A stretch of DNA of 64,000 nucleotides from Flaccisagitta enflata (lineage: Eukaryota). Under the pieces are notes generated by a model. That model did no database searches, had not been told where the DNA came from, and worked only from the letters and a program-made list of their open reading frames with translations. Shown in pieces: positions 55,731 to 64,000 of the stretch (its first letter is position 1; every line of letters begins with the position of its first letter). A program made the translations under genes and the position numbers. The stretch covers positions 33,790,001-33,854,000 of the forward strand of contig OZ231126.1 in the NCBI GenBank assembly GCA_965153355.1, written 5' to 3'.

Positions 55731-55946
55731 GATATTGCGCTTTCCAGACTTTAGTGTGTTCATCGAACTTGGAAACACAAAACTAGAATAGATAAAATGA
55801 AATGAAATCTAATTTCGAATCTAAATTTGTGATGTGTTGCTCTTGACTTTTTCATATTCCCCTTTTTACTCCTTTATGGTTACTAGTTTTCTTTAAAAAA
55901 ATCTTTCTCTGAAAAGTCCTTTTACCTTCATTCTGTTGTTATTGTC

Positions 55947-55977
<31 letters not shown>

Positions 55978-55978
55978 C

Positions 55979-56059
<81 letters not shown>

Positions 56060-57865
56060 CGTCGTCGTCGTCGTCGTAAAAATCTATAAACATGCACAAG
56101 ATATGATCTGTTTTGGCTGATCGTCCATGAAGAAGTCACCCTTGGATCTGGTTGGTTCAGCCGATCTTCTATCGCAATCACCCAATAACAACAGAATTTT
56201 TTTTTTCGGGCGGAAGGATGTTCCATTTTTATGCCCTCCGGTCCAAAGGGTCTAAACCAAACCCGAGCCAAAAGAACCATGTCCCATCTGACTTCTGATG
56301 CCATTTTCAAGTGGCAACGCCCACTTTACCGATTCTTGGCCAACATTCATTCTGAACTAATGGCACTGGCACATGCGTTCGCGAACTGGTTAAAAGAGAA
56401 ATTTTGCCACACTCAAAGTGATTTGCGTACAAAGAGTCAAAGACCTGACTATAATTTACGGCACAAGGTCTTTTGTATCGGTCCAATATTAGTTGCGGAC
56501 ACGCAACTCTATTGGCGGCTTTGTCCGTCCATCGGTCCGTCGGTCCATTCATCAGTCAGCTGATACAATGTTACATGTCGAATTCAAACAACTTTATGCG
56601 AGCGACAGCATGGCTCTCGAGCTCTCCTTTGAGTTTCCATCAACATCTTCCCATCTTCTTCTCCTTTTTCGACCTTGGGATTCCGTCTCATCTGATCTTA
56701 CCAATTTCATATTCTTGCTGTAAGTATGCAAATTTCATCTTTCGACTTGGTATGGTGATTGCATGATTCGTATCAAGGTCGTTTTTCTCAAACGGAGGGA
56801 CTGACAGGCAAAGGGGAATTCCAGGCGCTGATCTGACGAATGAAGAGCTCAATTTTTTTCTTTTCACCGTATTTTCCATATTTTGTCCCTCGAGTCATCA
56901 TCGACTAGTCATACCGAATATTGTTCTATGATGCGAATTTTTCGATGACGCAAAACGGTGTTTTATGAGCACTATAGCCTCTGCCTACCAGCCACCACTC
57001 ATTCATTTAAGTGCCCCAGCCCACCAGCGATACTGCCGCTGCCCACCCACACGCGACTACCATTTGGTCTCGCTCATTTCTCCGCCACTCTTGACTCTTC
57101 TGGATTTAGCTAGTCCCCGACTTTTGCTTCTGAACCGCATGCGTAAAGATTGCGTGTTGTCACATGTTTTCACAAAACATCCAACCAGACCAAAGGCAAA
57201 TTTTACAACATCCTTTTTTATGGAAAACACCACTCGCTTTGCAGAGGAAGAAAAAATTATCGTAATTCATTCGACTTTTTTTACGCTCTGTGACTGCATT
57301 TCATTCTGCATGAAAACTAATTCGCTAAAAAAGAGAAAAAAATCGTTTTCGCTAAAAAAGAGAAAAAAATCGTTTTCAATTTTGTTCCTCAAAAAAGAAA
57401 AAAAAAACAGAGAGAGAAAACCTCCTTTCATTCTGAAGCAAAGCCCAACATCTGACTTCTGAGTTGGGGGAAAATTACAGAAACGGGAATCTTGCCATTA
57501 TGACCCCATTAGTTTGACGACTCTCCGATGAGGGTAGGTTTGAAACTGGGTACGACAATTAGGGTTCTCAGAAATGTTTGTTTTATACGCAAACGATATT
57601 TTAAATAAGTGTTGATCAGTTTTGGAAATGATGGAACTATTCCTTATGTTTCTTTTAGGATTTTACTTTTCTGTCTAGCTTTTTGTTGCGAAATCTAGTC
57701 GCGGTGGCGGCGTAAATGTTTGTCTATTTCCCTCGACCAACAATTCTTTTCACTCACCTATTTCGTTAATTCTTCCATCAGACTGGCGCACTGTGGGCTG
57801 CATTTTGCGCTAGGTGGCTCATTGGGGATTAACATTACATCTTTTCCATTACATTGTTCCTTATA

Positions 57866-59230
57866 CAGTAGATCTCGTCTAGACTTGAGATAACGGGGGC
57901 AAGCATTGTAGGAAAACAAATGAAGCCAGGGGATTGATATTTGGAACATAGACTAATAAAAAGGAGGCTTTGTGCCTTGATCAGGAAAAAAAGTCGAAGT
58001 CTGTCTTCGACTTTTTGACTGTGTCAAAAAAACAGAGTTTTCATTTTCTTATTAGAAAGTTGAGGAACCTCATCCATTTTGATTGTAACCTCCAATGAAA
58101 TTCATTGGGTAGGTGAATTTAATAATTCTCTTTCATTTGGCGCTTAAACAGAAGTCTCTGGGACAAATATTTTTTTGTTATGAATTTTTAAAAGATTTAT
58201 TACGAAAAATGCAAATTGAATTTTTTGATTTTTCATGATTTTATCTAGGATCAATAAAGGAGCGTAATTATGGTTGTTTGAGCATGCAAATATAAGAAAA
58301 CATGTTTATGAGCAAACCTGCTCATCTGTGAGAGTGTTTTAGAGGATTCTAGCTCATTTAGCTCATTTAGCTCATTTCTTTTTTATTTCAAATGTGATAA
58401 ATAGATAAATATTTTGAAACTTGTTTAATAAAACAGATACAAAAAAGCATATCAGTGAGCTAGCTGCTCATCTGTAAGGGCATTTTTAAGCATTTTAGCT
58501 CACTTAGCTCATTTAGCTGTCTTTTTTTTTTCCTGATTTTTAATGGGATAGATAAATGTTTTGATGGGAGCATGTAGATACAAGAAAGCATTTTAGTGAG
58601 TAAAGCTGGTTGTCTGGTTGAGTGGTTATGAGCATTTTAGCTCATCAAGCTCATTTGGCTCAGTCCCATTTTCCTCTGATTTTCAGTGCGATCAATACAT
58701 ACAATTGCTCTTGATTTAATCTAATAGAAAAAAAGATTTGCAGTGAATAGAGACAAAAATTTGGTGAAAAGTGACCAATGCTTACAACTTTTTTCCTCAC
58801 GTTGACAGCCACCATTCCCACTGGTAGCTGGTTGCAGAATGCATTTCTATGTATTTTTGCTAGAATATCAATATTTTGAAATTTTTTTGAGGGAACATTT
58901 TTAAAAATTAAATGTTGCTCGTTTAACGGTTGCTAGGGGTTGTCACACATGGATACGCTCCCTAGCAACGGCCAAACGAGCGACATTCTTACAGAACATA
59001 CTGTGGGAAAGTTGTAGCAAATTTTATTTTAAGCAATGTTCCCTCAATGAATTTCTCAAATAATTGATATTTTAGCGAAAACACATGGAAATCTGTTTCC
59101 ATGGTAACCAGCTATCATGGGGAATTAAGCCTCTTTTGATTAGTCTATGATCCAAATATTGCTCCCTTGCCTTCATTTGTTTTTTGGTAATGCTTGCCCC
59201 CGTTATCTCAAGTCTAGACGACATCTACTG
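57866..59230. mobile_element. Duplicate of the CAGTAG-family element at 28750-30114
   Basis: Same TIRs, TA flanks and nested content. Confidence 0.85.
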
Positions 59231-60459
59231 TATACAGAGTGAAAAACATTTTTTTGCATATTTTCAGATGTTATGAAACTATTTATACCCAATATTGACT
59301 AACTTCTATTGGATTAAGAGCTTTATGAGCTTAGAGTACAAAAGAAGAAAAATTTGAGACAAGTGAAAAATACTGCTAAACTCTCTTACATTTAGTTTTT
59401 AAATTGTCTTATGTTTTGACCAAATCAGTTAAATTTTTGTCTTTGTTCAATAAGATTCCTTAATAAGGGGCTTAGAAAAAATTCATTTTTTGCTCATTTA
59501 CCTCATTTTGCTCATTTTTCTTCCAATTAGATATAGATTTTTACTTTTATCCACATTATTACTTGTAAATTTTAGGCCAAGAAAATCGCAATTTGGACGT
59601 CAAAGGCCCGCTTGAGCCATAGCATTCTGGATTCAGGACCCCTTGAACTACATTTTGGCATAGGTCGCTCATTGTGCATCCTTGTGCGATTTTTTATGTT
59701 TATAGGGTAATAAGAGCATGCAAATTAGGTCAAATATGTAGTAATAGAAGACTAATTTATTAGTGCTAAAAATGTAAAAAATAATTATTTTTAGAATTTT
59801 TCGAGACATTTAAACATTAATGAAGGAGTCCAATCCGATATTGAAGATGTCCTGAGCTTTTTGTAATCTTAAAAGATAATTCAAAAAAAATCATTGATTT
59901 TTCTAGAAATTTAGCATTTTTCGTAGTAATGTCCATTTAGGTCGCCGTTTTTTACTCTAGAATGCCATAAATCCTGTTATATGGACCGGTAATGTATGCT
60001 CAAATGCTACCATGACCATTCCACTCAGTTTGAGCCATATAGCAGAGATGAAAATTTTCACCCAAATACCCAAGGAGCCATCTAGCGCAATCCGTGGCCC
60101 TTAGTGTGGCGCTTGGAGACGGTTAGACTAGGAGTTGCGATGCCGTGAGGTACCATTCGTGTGTTCATAGTCAACTCTCCTTTAACCCCCCTGTCCCTCT
60201 TCTCCCCTTCTCAGCCCGGAGGCTAGTTGATTTTCAAATCTCTCTCGGGATAGAAAGGCGCTTCTTCGGCCTCACTTTTGCTTCGTCTCTCTTTTGCTTC
60301 TCTTTCGCTTCCACGGCTTTACATCAACAAGAGGCCTTCAGCAACTGCTCGCCTGCGCGTGTTGCGCTTTGACTTTCAGATTGTCTCCCATCTGTCTGTG
60401 TATCTCTGTCTGTATCTCTGTCTGTGTCTCAGTCTGAATCCCGGTCTGTATCTCTGTCC

Positions 60460-60553
<94 letters not shown>

Positions 60554-60913
60554 TTTTTGTGTGATAGGGAAATTTCTTTTCTTAATCATAACACTTGAGT
60601 TGCAAGAAGCGACTTGCAGTAAAGGAGAAAAAATACTGTTGAATGACGGATTAAAATTCAACGAGAACGAAAGAGAAGACTCACGTCTGCCACACGCAGG
60701 ATAGAATAGCAGAGAGGAACTCAGTAAAATACATTTAAAGAAAGATGCGTATATGCATCACCAGGTTCTGAATAAACAATCTTCATGAGTTGTGTAGTTT
60801 CTAAATTTTACCAATAAGGGCGGCTAATCGCCGTAGGAAAAAAGTCGTAAATGCTGCTCGAGAAAATGAAAGAGGAAATGAGAGTGGGAGAAAAAGAGAG
60901 AGAGGAAGAGAGA

Positions 60914-60991
<78 letters not shown>

Positions 60992-63119
60992 GAGACCAAG
61001 AGAGGGAGACTACCAGCTAACTCGATTCCGCGTTTTTGGGAAAAATTGAAAAGACAAATAAAAAGGATTTAAAATCATAGCTCCAGAACTATCAGATGCA
61101 CAGAATTCTGCTTGGCGTCATCTGAAAGGAGGAATCAGCTCTTTCTTGGCTATTAATTTCATGCGTAGTCCCATTCTGCCCAAAAGATGTATCACTTCCC
61201 CAAACCTTCCCATAAAACAAAGGAAATCTCCGTTTTCTCTGCAGGACTCAAAAAGACCGAAGGGACTTCGTCTCTTCGACTTTTTTCCAAACAATGTTTA
61301 ACACATGTCGGTCAATTTGCCGCAGTCCCGCTTGATTCTCAAATTTCAAATGCAATTTTCCTCTTGACATTAACATGGAATTAGAATCATCAACGGGAGT
61401 GACAAATTATGGGCAAATCAAGAGAGGGGACCACAATAAGCCTAGCCCGGATCAACTATGCGCGAGGCCCAAGGCAATGGTTGCCGCGAGGCCCCTTAAG
61501 TTCTAACAAGGCCGGATACATGGTTACCCCAGTTGGGTGCAGGTGGGAGACCCCGTATTTGAGGTCCCTCGATCATTTGGGCAGGAGCAGAGGCCAAAAA
61601 GCGCAAAAACAAACACAAAAAAGTGTGACGTTGGACTGACAGACAGTGGGGTGTAGTCATATGGCACGTGACTAAAAAGTGACGCTGGGTCACAAAACCT
61701 TGACCAACAGGTGGGCAGGGGCATACAAGCCCCATCTATACCATTTCCCACTCCTTGCTTATTCACACACAAAGACAATCATAACTGCAACATCATAAAG
61801 CTGCGTTTTCAAATTTTTGCGACTTGATCACCATGGACAATCACCGGGGGTAGACAGACCAATGGATGGACACTAGCCTGTACTTAAATGACAATAACCA
61901 ATAATACCAGTAATAGTGGCGTGAGGAAAAAAGTTGTAAGCATTGGTCACTTCTCATCAAGTTTTTTCTCTCTGTCACTGCTATTTTTTTTATTTGTTGG
62001 ATCAAACCAAGAACAATTACATTTATTGATAGCACTGAAAACCAAAATTAAATGGGACTGAGCCAAATGAGCTAGATGAGCTAAAATACTAAAAATCACT
62101 CAACCAGACAACCAGCTATGCTCAGTGATATTCATTTTTGTATTTGCATGCTTACATCAGAACATTTGATTATTTAATTGTATTTAATTATCCTATTCAA
62201 AATCAGAAAAAAGAATGAGCTAAACCAGGCTAAATAAGCAAGAATACTCAAAAACACCCTGACAGATGAGCAGCTATGCTCACTGACATGCTTTTCTGTA
62301 TTTGCATACTAAAACATGTATCAAAACATTTTTTCATTTATCCCATTTAAAATCAGAAAAAAAGACTGAGCTGAATGAGCAAATTGAGCTAGAATATCGA
62401 ATCACACACCCTCACATATGAGCAGCCATGCTCATAGACATGTTTTCCTGTATTTGCATGCCCAAACAAACATAAATACAATCCTTTTTTTATCCTACAC
62501 AAAATCAAAAATCTTTAAAAATTCTTAAAATATTTGTCGTAGAGCATCTGCTTGGATTCCTCGATCAGTCCATGTTATTATGCTGTTTTGGGCATCAGGC
62601 CACATCATAATTGGTAGTCAAAAATTGCATTTACCTCACCCCAACTTACCCTCAGTAAGACAGACCTCTTTAGGAAACCCAAAATTACAAAGATGTCAAT
62701 TCCTAATTTTGACAACAGATTTGAAATCTACAGTCAAAACTTACCCTCAGTAAGACAGACCTCTTTAGGAAACCCAAAATTACAAAGATGTCAATTCCTA
62801 ATTTTGACAACAGATTTGAAATCTACAGTCAAAACTGACAGTCAAAACTGCTGAATATTCCAACTAGAACATGCTCAAATTTTGCATTGAAATTAAGAAG
62901 CTTCGTAAAGGGTTTTTGAAGGGGCGGTTGAATTCGATCAAAATAACCTATTTTTTCGTCCATCCGGTGGGCGAAATAGTGATGCCTTTTTTCGCCTGAT
63001 CGAAACAAAAAGTCGATACGAAATGGGACAATGAGCGGCAATGATGCCATTATCAATGGTACACAATGGTGCCAATCGATTTCCCTATCTTTTTTCTCTT
63101 CCTTATCCTCTTCCTCATC

Positions 63120-63208
<89 letters not shown>

Positions 63209-64000
63209 CGTCCTCTCCTCGAAAAAATGACCATTTCGACCCAACTCGAAAATCCTGCCCAAAAACCGATTTGAAACAAAGTCGAAACATATCGAAGCTG
63301 CTTGGTTGGTCCATCACATTTTAGTTTAGTTAAGTTATTTTAGGTCATTAAAATCATTTTATGTCCTTTTTAGTCAAAAAATTCAATGAAATTCATTTTC
63401 ATCATGTAGTTATATAATAAGCCACTGATGTAAGTCTCGCACACGACTTATTGGTTTCGGCCTTGTTAGTCAATTTAGTCATTTTAAGTCAATTAAAAAA
63501 TTTCAAGTCATTTTAAATCATTTTATGTCAATTCAAGTCTCTTTAGTCGTTTAAGTGATTTTAGGTCAATTCAGGTCAATTTAAATCAGTTTAAGTTAAT
63601 TCAAGTCATTCTAGGTCAATTTCAGTCATTCATAGTCATTCAAGTCAATTTAAGTCAATTCAAGTCGCTAAAGTCGCTCAAGTCATTTTAGTCATTTTAA
63701 ATCAATTCAAGTCAATTTAGGTTGTTCTATTTATGTCCTGCACGCGACTTATAAGTGTTGGCCTTGTTTATGCTCATGATTGATTTTGACAATATTCCCG
63801 AAGGAATTTTGAAAAAAGGAAAAAACTTTCCTCTATCAGTTTTTTTCTGTAGATTTCAGATCTGCTGTCAAAATTGATATCTGAACATTTTGAAATTTTA
63901 GGTTTTCTATAGGGTTCTGTCTAAAAGAGCGTAAGTTGCAGTAAGGTAAATGAGAAATTTGAAGACCAAGATTGATGTCAACAGATGCCCAAGACACAAC

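Overview
AT-rich, repeat-dense eukaryotic DNA, most likely from an invertebrate animal; the taxon cannot be determined from this window. I found no rRNA, tRNA, CRISPR array or operon. Most of the window is microsatellites, tandem arrays and non-autonomous DNA transposons, often nested: TA-flanked Tc1/mariner-type MITEs, hAT-type elements with 8-bp TSDs, one MULE-like element with a 9-bp TSD, and at least two families of Helentron/DINE-1-like elements (HINEs) carrying internal tandem arrays. The main structure is a high-identity direct duplication, 21094-34811 repeated at 50094-64000 and running off the window. Each copy holds a CpG-rich promoter-like region and a single 2.7-kb low-complexity ORF (912 and 921 aa, polyQ) whose stop codon overlaps a canonical CAG/GTGAGT splice donor, so it is probably a large first exon of an unrecognised gene. 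A decayed, apparently intron-containing hAT-like transposase C-terminus lies at about 45600-46520. Almost all other ORFs in the supplied track are microsatellite or satellite artefacts. All alignments and mismatch counts were made by eye.
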